A stretch of 62,922 bases of DNA, filler included, from Stramenopiles sp. TOSAG23-3 (Eukaryota): assembly GCA_900128585.1 (NCBI GenBank). It is 55 parts of 55 records of this genome, joined end to end, with 100 filler letters (N's around TTAATTAATTAA, not from the genome) between each part and the next. Parts side by side here need not be neighbours in the genome. Positions count along the whole stretch, not along the records: positions 1 to 1,056 come from LT646600.1; positions 1,157 to 2,211 come from LT646601.1; positions 2,312 to 3,366 come from LT646602.1; positions 3,467 to 4,521 come from LT646603.1; positions 4,622 to 5,675 come from LT646604.1; positions 5,776 to 6,829 come from LT646605.1; positions 6,930 to 7,983 come from LT646606.1; positions 8,084 to 9,136 come from LT646607.1; 47 more parts are not named here. One strand, given 5' to 3'. The notes below the pieces were generated by a model, which did no database searches, was not told the origin of the DNA, and was given only the letters and a program-made list of their open reading frames with translations. The translations under genes were made by a program, and so were the position numbers. This document shows positions 1 through 12,693 of the stretch, piece after piece; position 1 is the first letter of the stretch; every line of letters starts with the position of its first letter.

Positions 1-118
1 CATGACTCCGGACACAATTTTACTTGCGTGGGAACGTACGTTTCCAATACTGTCAAAAGAATATTCTATGTTCTGATTTTCTCTTTTCTTTCGCCCCAAA
101 ACATTGTCCTCTACGACC

Positions 119-1056
119 ATGTTTGACGATTTGTGCCACGGCGGGGCAGGCAAGTATGCCTTTCCGATGATGATGATAGGATCGCTGGCGCTTCACGTGT
201 GGGACGTGGCGTCCGACATACTGGTGTTGATCCTCCTCTACCACGAAGACAAAGTATTCTTTGGCATATCGATAGCAATAATGGTGTTGGGGAGTCTGTT
301 TGGTAGTTTTTCGGGTGTGATCTTTGGGAGTTTGAGGAACAAAATGGAAGGTGGAGATGGTCAAGGCGAAGACAAAGACCCTGAAATTAACGCTTCCACC
401 TGTGCCGGTTGCCTGTGCGGTCTGACCCAGCTGGAAATCTTCGTCGATGCCTACTACTCCATTCGGTTGGGGAAGAAAACAATGGGCTTCGTTTTCACAC
501 GGTTGTTCGAAGGTATGGTGGAAAGCGCCCCGCAATCCTTGCTCCAGCTCTACATGGTCTTGAAACGTGCGGACGGCGTGATCGACGGGGACGATATTCT
601 CCTCTTTGCGAGCATCGGCACGTCGGTGGTGTCGATGGCGGTCGGGGTGAGCCAGTTTGAACGGTGGATGGTGAAAGACGAGAAGAAATACGTTATCCCA
701 CTGTTTTCCCGCTACAACGTTGCCCTGAATGCCTACCATTTGCTGGAGATTGCCGCGCGAATGGGGCTGTTGGCGTGCGTCGGCATTGCGTGGAGCGGGT
801 GGGCGATATTTGGGATTCTGCTGTTCGATTACCTGGTGGTAGTCGGGATATTTGTGACGAAGTCCAGCGTCAATAATTGCCTTTTTATACCGGTCATTAG
901 TGTCGGTCTCCTTGCGTCAACTTATTTGGGATTTTTGACTGGCGGCGAAGACTTCCTCAAATACCACTGGCTTCTCAAAACCCTGGAAGGGTTCGTGATG
1001 ATTCCGTTCATCGTCTGGAAACTGACCCAAGCGCACACCTACTCGTTTATGCTCTT
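119..1056 (+). CDS. XK-related (Xkr) multi-pass membrane protein / putative lipid scramblase, 3' partial
   Basis: DVASDILVLILLY and RLFEGMVESAPQSLLQLY are XK-family motifs; many TM helices. Confidence 0.8.
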
Positions 1057-1156
1057 NNNNNNNNNNNNNNNNNNNNNNNNNNNNNNNNNNNNNNNNNNNN
1101 TTAATTAATTAANNNNNNNNNNNNNNNNNNNNNNNNNNNNNNNNNNNNNNNNNNNN
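1057..1156. other. Artificial contig spacer (N44-TTAATTAATTAA-N44); first of 54 such spacers
   Basis: Same 100-bp linker roughly every 1.15 kb; TTAATTAATTAA gives stops in six frames; contig lengths decrease monotonically. Confidence 0.99.
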
Positions 1157-2211
1157 CATCCCATTTTGAGCCCAAACCATCAGCCCCGATCCTGCGTCCC
1201 AAACAGCAACTTTGGATATGTGCACCGTGGTAGACCCACCAAACATTACGAGACCATACGTAGTCGTGCCTCGGACTTCCAAATTTTCAAACATTGTGCA
1301 CGAGATGCGTCCGGGGTACTGCTCAACGGGCTGCCTATTCATTATTGTTTTCTCTCCTATCTTTAGACTAAACCCATGGGGAGACCCATACGCGCGATTT
1401 TCTGCCACTTGCAGCGGGTCATCCGCAGGCGGGTTCGCATCGCATGCTCGACCACTAATCTTCATTCCAGTATACTCGATGTTTGAAGCCACATTATGCG
1501 TGAATGTGCTTTTGATTTTCGACTCTTTCCTGTGGTAGAACCTTGTAGTACGGGTACCTTTGAGCACAAATCCCCACGCCCCATCGTCGTGAAACCAACT
1601 GGTCACGTCGTTCTGATGACGTATTGCCGCATTATGGGTAATTTCGTTCGCTTGACCGATAGCGAAGAAACCTCCATACATATCGGTTGCAGTGTTGCCC
1701 ACTACTTGGATTCCTGACCCTCTGATCCTAACGGCATAGTTGTAACCGTTTGAAAACGTGTTGTGAAGCACCGAAGCACGTGCAAATTTTTGCTCGGTGT
1801 CGTCCGCAACATTGTACAAACCCCCACGACCAGCGACGAAGTTCAAACACCCCCATTGCATGTGTCTTTGGCCACACTGTGAAAAATGGACATTGTTGAT
1901 TATAGCAGTCCCTTGTCGCTTGTTGCACACCTCTGGTGGCACAAAGTTCTCCGCTTTCGCGGCTGTTCTGGCCTTACTTAGACCCATGTGCTCAGCCTTC
2001 TGGTGTACGTTACCTTTCGTCATCCCCTTTATCGTTTTAACTGCAAGTATAGCAACGATTGCCCCGTACTGTTGTTCTGCCAACGCTTTGGTGTCGTCCT
2101 CCATGCCAACAACAGCCACGTTCTGTTGAACTGCAGTCATGAGAGAGACCGGTAATCCCTGGAACATGTGGCCGCCTTTCAGTTCTGGTCCTGCGTGCTT
2201 GTACGTGAAAG
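1157..2211 (-). CDS. Parallel beta-helix protein fragment, fibrocystin-L/G8-family-like
   Basis: INNVHFSQCGQ...SVLHNTFSNGYNYAVRIRGSGIQVVGN; repeated PbH1-like turns. Confidence 0.55.
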
Positions 2212-2311
2212 NNNNNNNNNNNNNNNNNNNNNNNNNNNNNNNNNNNNNNNNNNNNTTAATTAATTAANNNNNNNNNNNNNNNNNNNNNNNNNNNNNNNNN
2301 NNNNNNNNNNN

Positions 2312-2742
2312 CACTTTGCTGCGAATCGTTTTCGCAAATTGCAAAAATAAAAACGCAAAAACCGTGGCTCAAAACTGACTTAATGCACGTCTATGTCCTG
2401 GAGGCGCTCAAGGTCGACCTTGAAAACGACAACATAGCGTTTTGGGGCACAAATGCGCTGTATCATATGGCCAAGGACGGTCCTGATGTTAATACTGAAT
2501 TCTTAGAAGCCATGAATGCGGCCGGGGCGAGGGGGGTTTTGAATGATTTGCTGATGATGCAGCCGGACAACGATGAGCTGAAAGCGCACGTTCAGCTGTT
2601 GCTGAGCTGTTTCGAAGCGTTGCTCGCGAACGAGGAAACGTACCTTTCGACATCAGGCACGCTGAAGTCGAAAGCCAACAAAATTGTAGATAGAGACAAT
2701 GGCGCGAACTTGTTTGGTGTGTTTTCAGGCTCTCCTATGTAG
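2312..2742 (+). CDS. C-terminal fragment of helical (ARM-like) protein
   Basis: Frame open from contig start; IAFWGTNALYHMA and AGARGVL resemble ARM helices. Confidence 0.45.
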
Positions 2743-2892
2743 AGTCCGTGTGCGTATTTCGGAGTAAGAGTGTTCAGTTAATTTAATTAAGGGAGTGTAA
2801 TTCTTATATTCTTTTTACGTTTACTTTCGTTGTCGTCTTTATTTTTAAAACTTCTTTTCCCCTCCGTTTCGATTTTTATTTAATGCACTTGA

Positions 2893-3366
2893 TCAACGCA
2901 GTAAAGATGCCTCCTGCCTCGCGTCGGTGCGTATTTGCTTCAAGGGACTTGTTACGTCCATGAAATTCATCCTTTCTTCCGATCGGTCAAAGGGCGTGCT
3001 CTCTTTCGATATCATTGTCTCGTTCCAAGCCTGCTTTCCTTCGTAAAATGGGGACAGCTTGAGCTCCGGGGTGGTCGGGTTTAGCACTGCTATGTTCGTC
3101 GGGCCGCCAATGTCTCTTCGAATCTTGATGTTTCTCTTTCTATTCCTACGTTTGGACTTTTTCATCGTCTTTGAGTTTGATGGCGACAGCTTCCTAGTGC
3201 CCCCGCTGCTACTGTTTTTGTAATCCGCCTGTTTCTTAAGGCGTTGCTTGCGCTTTTCCAACTTTTCCAAGGTGCGCCGCTGGGCTGCTGAGATTTCTTT
3301 CGGCTTTGCCTTCGCGATTTGGGGCAGACCCCCCTCCGTTTTCGACACCTTTTCCAAAGTATTGTA
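2893..3366 (-). CDS. Basic hypothetical protein, C-terminal fragment (convergent with previous gene)
   Basis: 154+ aa ORF ending at the AT-rich intergenic gap. Confidence 0.5.
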   Translation of the reverse strand, partial: YNTLEKVSKTEGGLPQIAKAKPKEISAAQRRTLEKLEKRKQRLKKQADYKNSSSGGTRKLSPSNSKTMKKSKRRNRKRNIKIRRDIGGPTNIAVLNPTTPELKLSPFYEGKQAWNETMISKESTPFDRSEERMNFMDVTSPLKQIRTDARQEASLLR

Positions 3367-3466
3367 NNNNNNNNNNNNNNNNNNNNNNNNNNNNNNNNNN
3401 NNNNNNNNNNTTAATTAATTAANNNNNNNNNNNNNNNNNNNNNNNNNNNNNNNNNNNNNNNNNNNN

Positions 3467-4521
3467 TTTTGATCGAAAACGAATGCTTCCACGGTGTCGG
3501 CGGCATCGTCGACACCAGCACTCCAGAATAACTTCATCAGCTCTGATGGCGGAACCCCATCATGACCAGCTGCTTGTCGGTCAAAGGCGTCTTTCAGTTC
3601 CGTCACACGCTCGCCCAAGCGCGACATTATCCGCGTCATTGGTTCCGCCTTTTTCTGCGGTTTCAGCTTCTTCGAGGCTTTCGCTTCAAACTGAACCTCT
3701 TCAACGGGTCCATCGGCTTCCCTGTAATCGAATTTCTTAAATGTATTCTTGTGAACGGTGGGCTCTCCGTCTTTCTCCTCGTCGTCTCCGGAAAGCTCTG
3801 CGTTCTTCGGTATGTCCTCGTCGAGTATGCGCCGCGGAGGCGCGTGCCCGACAGAAATCCCAAATCCTTTCGCCCGTTTGGAGAGGGCGCTTTTTGATTC
3901 TTTCCTCTTGGTTTTCCTCGTCTTGTCTTCTTTCCACGGATTGGTCAGAGCCCTTTCAGCGGTCGATGAAAGCCTCTCAACCAGCTTCTCCGATGCCCTG
4001 GTGTTGAATTCCGTGCTTTCCTGCGCAGAAAATGTTTGGCCCCTTCTCCGATAGTTGGCTTTCAGCCACCGTTTCCAAATGCTGTCTAGCTCCCGCTTCC
4101 TGTCTGGGAACCTTCTTCGAAGTCCTATGGCTTCAGACGGAATGCCAACATCTATTCGCAGAGTGTTGTCGATCCGTTCGTGCCTAATATCAACCAATGC
4201 CCTCAACACACTGATGACGGTGTGGTGCAAACGTGGCGCTTTGAAGTTCCAAAGCCGCTCTCTTTCCTTTTCGACTACGCGGTGGCGCAGAAGCTGCCTG
4301 ACCATTTCTTCGCGCAAAGGGCGGCGATCGCCGCCAATGCGACCTGAGCCAACGCCGGAACGACATTCGTTTTCGATCAAAATTTTCAAGAACGAAATGG
4401 CTTCGTCTCGGACTGCCCACGTATTGTTGTATGGTTGAAAAGGCAGTGGGAGACCATCGTGCGCGACGGCGCCGAGAACCCTCTGGCAATTCAGCGCGGG
4501 CGCGTTTGCACGTTGGTTCTT
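3467..4521 (-). CDS. Hypothetical protein fragment with EF-hand-like region at the contig end
   Basis: Long ORF; ELKDAFDRQAAGHDGVPPSELMKLF. Confidence 0.5.
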
Positions 4522-4621
4522 NNNNNNNNNNNNNNNNNNNNNNNNNNNNNNNNNNNNNNNNNNNNTTAATTAATTAANNNNNNNNNNNNNNNNNNNNNNN
4601 NNNNNNNNNNNNNNNNNNNNN

Positions 4622-5675
4622 ATCCGATATTTTCACGGCCCCGGCAGTGCCTGGCCTGGTGAGAGTGTCGTTTATCACGTACTGGTTGGGGCCAGGAGTT
4701 TCTGAGCTACGGAGCATAATCCAATCTACTTGACTCTTGGGGTTTGCGTCACTAATCTTTACACCACCACCCACCATGGTGTCAGGAAGTTTGTACTGAT
4801 TTGGACCCGGTGTCTGAGAGGCACGGTGCTGAATTATTTCAATCTCGCTTTTCGGCCTCGAGTCGTTAAACTTCCCGCCCGACATATTGTATGTCCCACT
4901 ATATTTTGACATATCGTATTGGTTTGGCCCTGGCGTTTCTGCAGCCCTCATCATAATTAAATCTACATTGCTGAGGGGATCGGCATCGCTAATCTTTACC
5001 CCGCCTTTCGCAGCACCAAAGCTGGGCAGAACGTACTGGTTTGGCCCCGGGGTCTCTGCTGACCTTAACATCAGTATTTCGGTCTCGGTTTTGGGCTTGG
5101 CCGTACTGAATCGGCCACCGGACAACTCCAAGGTGCTCTTTAGTTTGTACTCATTTGGCCCTGGGGTGCGGGAGGCGTTTAGCATTTTGATTTCAATGTC
5201 AGTCATTGGCTTCGCGGTGCTGAACTTCCCACCGCCCATCTTATTATAGTCAAATGCCACGGAGTACTGGTTTGGCCCTGGGGTTTCGGCAGAGCGGAGC
5301 ATGATCAAGTCGACTTGACTTTTAGGGTCCGCGTCGCTAATTTTCACCCCACCTTTGCTAGCCCCAAAACTAGGAAGTTTGTACTGGTTTGGCCCCGGCG
5401 TTTCGGCACTTCGGAGCATCAGTATTTCTGTTTGCGTCTTTGGCTTTGCTGTGCTAAACCTCCCGCCGCCTGGCTTGGACCACCGGCCTGTCGCCGAAGA
5501 CGGCTGGACGTGGTATTTGTTGTGCTGTTTCTTTTTACGAGGCTTGGACAGTCGGTTTATAATGTCCATGTTGATGGGCCCAGGCTGTTTCACTTTAAAG
5601 GAGGGCCTTCGCGGGCGGCCTCGTTTGGATTGGGATGTATTAGGCCTCCTGTCGTATAGGCGGCTTCCACTTCCG
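4622..5675 (-). CDS. SHIPPO/PGP-repeat (ODF3/STPG-like) axonemal protein fragment
   Basis: Seven TPGPN(Q/E)Y repeats about 38-41 aa apart; frame open across the contig. Confidence 0.85.
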
Positions 5676-5775
5676 NNNNNNNNNNNNNNNNNNNNNNNNN
5701 NNNNNNNNNNNNNNNNNNNTTAATTAATTAANNNNNNNNNNNNNNNNNNNNNNNNNNNNNNNNNNNNNNNNNNNN

Positions 5776-6628
5776 AATTTTTCGCATCTGTACTAATTCC
5801 ATTCCAAATATCTGCTTTACGAGAAAAACTAAATTTTCCACGTTTTATCTTACTTAAGATAATTTTATCATTTGGACCTGGAAATGGCGGACTACCACTC
5901 AATATCATAAATGTTATAACACCTAAACTCCATATATCACATTTGTAATTATACATTTTCTGTAAAGCTATTTCTGGAGCAATATAGTACGAAGTGCCAA
6001 CCATATCCTTCATATTCGAATCACTAGAATTCTTGATTTGTTTTGCAAAACCAAAGTCAATCAGTTTTAATGGTGAACTTTCACTTTTGTTTGCAAAAAC
6101 AAAGTTTTCTAATTTTAAGTCTCTGTGAACAATATTTTTACTATGGAGGTAATTAATCGAGCTTAACATTTGCACTACCAATTTTGCTGCCTTATACTCC
6201 GTCAAGTGACCAGATTTCGAATTAGCCAACCTTTCAAATAATTCACCACCACTGCATAGTTCCAACACCAAATATAAAAATCGATTTCTTTCGTTATAGG
6301 TCTCGTATAATCTTGCAACATTTGGATGGTCTGTTGCACTAAGCAAAGCTATCTCGGATCTTATTGCTTTAAGTGCATCAGTACCAGAAGCCATATATAA
6401 AGAAGCACAATTCATGACCTTTAGAGCAAACTGTTCCCCATCTGAACGTCTTGTGATTATCTTTACTTGACCTGATAAACCTTCACCTAATAACTCGAAA
6501 CTATCAACACCACTATATAATCTACGGATATTAGCATATTTACCTTTACCATACTTTTTATTGGCTACAAGATTTTCATGCATTGTTGTTGTCTGGGTCG
6601 TTGCAACTTTAGCACTACAAATTCCCAT
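5776..6628 (-). CDS. Calcium-dependent protein kinase (CDPK-like), N-terminal part
   Basis: MGICS acylation motif; LGEGLSG, ALK, HRDLKLEN, DFG, GTSYYIAPE; ELCSGGELF. Confidence 0.88.
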
Positions 6629-6929
6629 TTTATGGGGTATACTCTATCTCGATTTATTGATATTTCTTATCACAGCTGTAGCAACTCATTAGAAATGTAT
6701 ACAGCAGTACGATTATTCATACTGAGCAAATATCAGGACATTACTTGAGTAGTGCATGCGGTAGTTCTATTGTTTTATTTCATTAATATAATCTATAGAT
6801 CATAGCTTCTACAGCAATAGATTGTAACTNNNNNNNNNNNNNNNNNNNNNNNNNNNNNNNNNNNNNNNNNNNNTTAATTAATTAANNNNNNNNNNNNNNN
6901 NNNNNNNNNNNNNNNNNNNNNNNNNNNNN

Positions 6930-7913
6930 GGAAGAGTTGTCTTCGCCGGCGAAGGGTTGTCGGTCCCTTTTATTGGAACCCTTCACGGAGCACTTGTGAC
7001 CGGCACAAACGCTGGCAAAGAGGCTATGGAAAAGCTGTTTTCCAATAGCGGTTTTTACTTCAGCCACAGTTCCAATATAAAGATGGTTTTTACGAATGCA
7101 ACTACCACGCTAGATGTGTTGTCCGTCGAGTTTCCGAACATAACTTCCGCCGCAATAGACAGGGCTTGTGCACTGGCGTTTCATTGGCTGCGAGACGAAA
7201 TTGTAGAGTATGAAGTTGATGTTCTAGACATTTCCAACCCACCTTTTGCCTCTTTCACGAGTGAACTGTGTACACATGCGTACGTTCGGTTTTTAGAAGA
7301 TATCGGCTCACCAGAACTACCGTTAATGGGGCTGGTCATTGTGGACGAGGGATTGGACAGCGGGGACTTGTATGACATTTATCTGAAGGGCCTGGGGCGG
7401 ACGGTCCAGAACAATTCTAGTCCACTCTACAGGCTGTCTCTTCTCAATATGTCTGGAAATGCTTTTGGGCCAATTGCATTGAATTCCTTGGTTAAAACCT
7501 TGAATGACATGTGGACGCCCACCCCAACAGCCGAGACCAAGGAGTACATGTTAGCAATTGATTTCTCAAATAATAAATACGAATACCCTTTTGGATTCGA
7601 TGACGACGACGACGACGACGAGGAGGAGGAGGAGGAGGACGATGATGATGGGGGGGAGGACGCTGAAGAAGGCAAGGGGAGTGAAGTCGAAGAGACGGAA
7701 ACTGACGGCGACGCCTTGTTGAGGAAATGGATGCGTCACGCAACGGAGATGGCAGCTACTTTTTGCCAATTTAATTCGTTTGATGCTCTTGAAACGCTTA
7801 AATTTAAAAAGAGGTCGGATGATACGATGAAAAGAAACATTTGGGAAGTACATAGAAAAAAGTTGTTGCTGAGGAGGTGGGAAGTCTGGCAAAAGAAAAA
7901 CGTAAAAATGTGA
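6930..7913 (+). CDS. LRR-like protein C-terminal fragment with acidic D/E tract
   Basis: LSLLNMSGNAFG, IDFSNN, LDISN; poly-D/E run. Confidence 0.5.
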   Translation, partial: GRVVFAGEGLSVPFIGTLHGALVTGTNAGKEAMEKLFSNSGFYFSHSSNIKMVFTNATTTLDVLSVEFPNITSAAIDRACALAFHWLRDEIVEYEVDVLDISNPPFASFTSELCTHAYVRFLEDIGSPELPLMGLVIVDEGLDSGDLYDIYLKGLGRTVQNNSSPLYRLSLLNMSGNAFGPIALNSLVKTLNDMWTPTPTAETKEYMLAIDFSNNKYEYPFGFDDDDDDDEEEEEEDDDDGGEDAEEGKGSEVEETETDGDALLRKWMRHATEMAATFCQFNSFDALETLKFKKRSDDTMKRNIWEVHRKKLLLRRWEVWQKKNVKM

Positions 7914-8083
7914 TTTTACAACCAACCTCTCATTTGTTGTTGTTGTTGTATAGTATATAATATAACTTAGTGGCTCCAAGAAGNNNNNNNNNNNNNNNNN
8001 NNNNNNNNNNNNNNNNNNNNNNNNNNNTTAATTAATTAANNNNNNNNNNNNNNNNNNNNNNNNNNNNNNNNNNNNNNNNNNNN

Positions 8084-8658
8084 ATGAGGATCCTAACTTC
8101 ACCATTGGAATGTCCGATGGTTTAAACAATCGATTGAATGGGCACCAGGGTGGTAGTGGTGCTGGGGATAGCGCTGCCCCTGATAGTGGCTCCACGACAT
8201 ACAGAAGAGTCCCGGAACGGCCCACGGCCGCCGCGCTTCAGGAGGCCTACGACCAAGGCCTGGAAGATATGCGGAAGAACCTTGAAACGGAAGTATCTGC
8301 CCGGGTCGAAGAGGAGTATTCCCGCCGTTCCCAAATCGACGGGTACGAAGCTAGCGCTAGTGCGTCGCAGTATGAAAGAGGGGTAGTACAGCAGCAGTTG
8401 GACAGCGCCATGGTGGCGGAAGACGACCGAGTGCGGACTGTCGCGGCGTATGCGGAGGAACTGTCGAAACGCCAACCCAGCACGCCAGAGAGGCCGTTGC
8501 AGTGCACCTCGGAGCGCTCGGCCTGCGTAAAGTGCTACGAGGATGCGATCAATAACAAGAAACTGCCAACAGAATGTGCCCAATTTGTGGATGCGTTCGC
8601 AAAATGTGCTGCAAGCGTTCAAAAAGATTTTGTGTCCCGAGGAATGCCAACGCCTTAA
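8084..8658 (+). CDS. Coiled-coil plus twin CX9C protein, Mic19/CHCHD3-like
   Basis: C-TSERSACVK-C and C-AQFVDAFAK-C at the C-terminus after a coiled coil. Confidence 0.6.
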
Positions 8659-8830
8659 AACAAATACGGAGCCTATTGATCGAATGAGTTTTATAAACAT
8701 ATATCATATGTTATCATATGATACTAATAGTACATAAATACTGAAACCAAAATATACTTCGTACACTGTGTTATTTAGAATTACGGAAGTCGGAGTGCTT
8801 TGTACTAAGTAGAATTCTTCTAGCCCCCCG

Positions 8831-9136
8831 CTAGCCGAAAGCGTTGGCTACGTCGTTTGCATTGAAGGGGTCAAACTCTTCTTTGCCCGATGGCTTGGGG
8901 GGTCTCCTCGGCGGCCTCGCTGGGATCGCTGGAGGCAAACTCAACCCGCCCAGATCAAAGGGGTCGTCCATTTTGGTGCTCTTGCATGCGCCTAAACTTC
9001 CCAACATATCGCTGCCCTCCGCATTGCTATTGCTCGAGAAAATCAATACTCCGCTTGACGCGGGCGCAGCTGCGGGCGCGCTGCCGTTCAATGGACCAGT
9101 GCCAAAGTCAAGGCCGAGAAGATCCGCCTCAAAAGA
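8831..9136 (-). CDS. C-terminal fragment of endocytic adaptor-like protein (DPF motifs)
   Basis: DDPFD and FDPFN motifs with a Pro-rich segment. Confidence 0.45.
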   Translation of the reverse strand, partial: SFEADLLGLDFGTGPLNGSAPAAAPASSGVLIFSSNSNAEGSDMLGSLGACKSTKMDDPFDLGGLSLPPAIPARPPRRPPKPSGKEEFDPFNANDVANAFG

Positions 9137-9236
9137 NNNNNNNNNNNNNNNNNNNNNNNNNNNNNNNNNNNNNNNNNNNNTTAATTAATTAANNNNNNNN
9201 NNNNNNNNNNNNNNNNNNNNNNNNNNNNNNNNNNNN

Positions 9237-10289
9237 TTTGTTACGGTGTTGTGATCATTCACTACGGCCGTAAGTATATACGTTTTATATGCAACACAAA
9301 ACAATCGTCCTCCCTCGGAAAAGAACACCGTGGGAGAAAAGGAAAGCGGCGAAGGAACTGTCTCGTACGATTTGTGTGCCAAATGTACAAGTTCAAAAGA
9401 AACTTCAACATCAATGGAAAGTACTTTTTGTTCAAAATGTACGTTTTAGAATTTGTAGAACGATCCAATCAAGTCTATAACGTATGGACGCTCTACGTAT
9501 GCCAGCTTAGTACAACTTTACTCCATGTTTTGATCGCCGTTATGATGTTGGAGATTATATACTCAACGTGGGAAGTGTTCCACATGAAATCCTCTGTTCA
9601 GCGAGATCGACAAATACTTGTCGACATGTTTGTCGATACATTTTGCATTTTTTTCCCGTTGGGATTCATTTTTTTTGTGTACAGGATCCCCATCGATCTA
9701 TGGGAAATGGTGCGGTTGACATTTGTTCCCATGTACTGTTTGTTGTTCAAGTTGAGGACGTTGATAAGGGATGGCTTGACGTTGTCGAAGCAAAAGCGAG
9801 ATCTAATAAAGCAAAAATCTACCCGTCGATTGACGGTAGGTACAATGTCCCTGCAGATTCGATGCATGACTAAAGGTCGTAGGATATTTCTTACCGTCAT
9901 CAATTCCATGTTTTTCCTATTCTATGCAAGCATCATAGTATCGCAAACCATCGTTTACAACGGTAACATAAACAAACAGAAATGCACGGACTTGTACGAA
10001 ATCGATACCATATGGGAATCCTGTCGTTTAGAAGTTCCGTTTTGTCAAAACCCGTACGTGCCCCGATGCGACTGTGCCGTACTGCACATACCGTTCTTTC
10101 AAAATCGTACATTGCCAAAATCGTTTGAAAATATGAAGTCCCTTGTAATGCTAAATATATATTCTGGCAAATTGGAATCGTTACCGTCAAATATGCCAGA
10201 CAACCACAAGCATTTGGTGGTTTTGCACGTTACACGAAACCGTTTAGTATCCTTGCCTGACAATATTGGGGACGTCAAAAGGTTGGTAC
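9237..10289 (+). CDS. Multi-TM + Cys-rich cap + leucine-rich-repeat protein fragment
   Basis: About 5 TM helices, then WESCRLEVPFC...PRCDC, then LRRs (LPKSFENMKSL, LESLPSNM, NRLVSLPDNIG). Confidence 0.75.
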
Positions 10290-10389
10290 NNNNNNNNNNN
10301 NNNNNNNNNNNNNNNNNNNNNNNNNNNNNNNNNTTAATTAATTAANNNNNNNNNNNNNNNNNNNNNNNNNNNNNNNNNNNNNNNNNNNN

Positions 10390-11441
10390 AAGGAAGAAGG
10401 TTGCAAAGTCAAGAGCTCTTCTTTCCACATTTCTTTGTATTTCTCTTTGATTGATTCTATATATTTCTTGAACGATTCTTCGATTTGTTTTCTTACAGAA
10501 TTTTGCTCTTTTTCATCCAAAAGTTCTTGTAGGATCTCTATGGCATCTTTGCCGTCTACTTCATTTAATACTTCATCCTTACAATTGTTTAAGACGTTTT
10601 GCTTCAAAGTCTCCAAAAATTCTGTGCTGGTCTCAATCACAGCTCCTTTTTCCCCGTCTAGCAAAATCCAAGGAAACAACATCATCATCTTCTTGTCATT
10701 GGAATTCTTTGAGATTTCTTCCAAAATTGCCATAGTTTTCGCGCCTGGCTCCATGCCATAGATTGTGTTTTTATCTTGCACGGCTGCAAATAGATCTGCA
10801 TCGGCCGGATTGCTCTCTTGAACCCATTCTAATAGCCGTCCCAACAATTTCTTCTCGGCCTCATATACTTGTATACAATTTAACGAAGATATTGCATTTT
10901 CAAGCACTTTCAAATCTACTTGCAAGTAGGCGCCATCATCCCAGCTTGTTTCTTTTCGGTCTTCACGCAAGGCGGCTCGAATCTTGTATGCTGTTTCCCC
11001 CATTTCATATTTTGAAGCATACTTTTCCCATATGTTTTCAGCAGCTTTTCTTACTTTGCCATTAATATTTTTACAATTGAGTCTCTCAATAACACTGATA
11101 AGGCTCTCTTTCTCGTCATTGCCCGTTCGCCCAGATGCACCTGAAACTGCTAATAAAAGGGCCACAGCAATTATTTTGTCTGATGAAGGGCTGCTTCCGT
11201 ACTTTAATTTGAAGGTTTCAGATTCAACAGTTGCTAAAAATATTTCAGGGATTCGCTCTAACGAAAAAGGTGTGTCAAGGCCGATGTAACAATACAGAGA
11301 TTGCTCATCGCACTTTCTGTGCTTGTCTGTTTTTGTGGGCAGGAACGAGTGGGATTCGTCGTGAGCATGGTTTTCCTGGTGATTTCTGTAGCACGAATCG
11401 CAGAAGTAAAAGTTTTTGCACGTGCTGCACTTGAAACGTTG
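10390..11441 (-). CDS. ZZ-type zinc-finger protein fragment
   Basis: Frame open upstream of the listed ORF; my translation gives QRFKCSTCKNFYFCDSCYRNHQENHAHDESHSF. Confidence 0.7.
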
Positions 11442-11900
11442 NNNNNNNNNNNNNNNNNNNNNNNNNNNNNNNNNNNNNNNNNNNNTTAATTAATTAANNN
11501 NNNNNNNNNNNNNNNNNNNNNNNNNNNNNNNNNNNNNNNNNTTAATCGTTTATTGGTATTATTTATCTATAAATATAATTAAAAACCATTTTAATTGAAA
11601 CCACAGTATTCATTCCAATATATACACAGGACATAATTATTATACATAATTATCCTTAATTTATTGACGAAGTCTTTTTCTATCAATCTATCATCTCTTC
11701 AATTTAGTTAGGTATAATGGTAATAATAAAATTAGCCGCGTGTGTGACGACGGTGTTTCATCACAAATTATCTTTTCCAATTGGTAGCTTTGCACAGAAA
11801 AGACGTTATCTAACCCTAGGACCGGATCTGCAACATTGCGCAAAAAGTTCCTGTTACGAAGAATATTCCAAGCATCTTGAAAACAACAAACTGTACTCGT

Positions 11901-12593
11901 ATGATTTGGGGAAGTGTCGCGCTCGAGCTAGTCGTTGCGTTGGCGTCTTTGGCGGTTTGCGTTAGCGAAGCCGCCAACATAACTTGTGACACTTACAGAC
12001 ATTACAGGGCGGAACAAAGTCCAGTCCGCCACCGTTACCACAGTTGCGACACGTTTGTTACCAGTATGGCTGAGTGTGAAACCGCAGCAAATCAGTTGAA
12101 TGAAAATTTTTTAAAGGATCCGGATTTGGACAACTTCAATACTTTCACAACTACATCTATGGAAATAAGCAATACAGTGCCTCGAGACGACGGTTGGGAC
12201 CACTCAAGCCGCCACCCAAAAGGGTGTTATGTCTACGATGGCAAGCTATATTTCAACGCAAAAATGTCAAACACTGGGCCTTGCGACTATCATTTGAATA
12301 CGTACCGTTCACAGTGCATCTGCCCCTCCCCTCCCGATTGGGGCCTACACGGGTATAACCTCTCCAACGTAGTCGAAACAAGCCTTCGGGTCGATGATGG
12401 CAGTTTTAATGTAACTGGGATCAAATGTGCTGCAGGCTACAACGGTGTGCCTCGTGCATTACCTTGCGGTGCTGATGGAGAAGCGTACGTAGCATCCGGG
12501 TGTGTCAAAATAAAAAAATGCAAAAGAGGCAGCTACACTCTCGGCTGTTATTATTCTAGTAGCTCGAACAACCGCACTTGCGACATCGGGTAT
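11901..12593 (+). CDS. Secreted Cys-rich protein, N-terminal part
   Basis: Signal peptide; TSMAECETAA...PKGCYVYDGKLYFN module; CAAGYNG...C...Y..SGC module like those at 36817-37861. Confidence 0.7.
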
Positions 12594-12693
12594 NNNNNNN
12601 NNNNNNNNNNNNNNNNNNNNNNNNNNNNNNNNNNNNNTTAATTAATTAANNNNNNNNNNNNNNNNNNNNNNNNNNNNNNNNNNNNNNNNNNNN

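Noticed and set aside
53-739. Long antisense ORFs (also 8122-8700, 20002-20634, 25299-25829, 56702-57292)
   Set aside because: Shadows of recognisable genes on the opposite strand.
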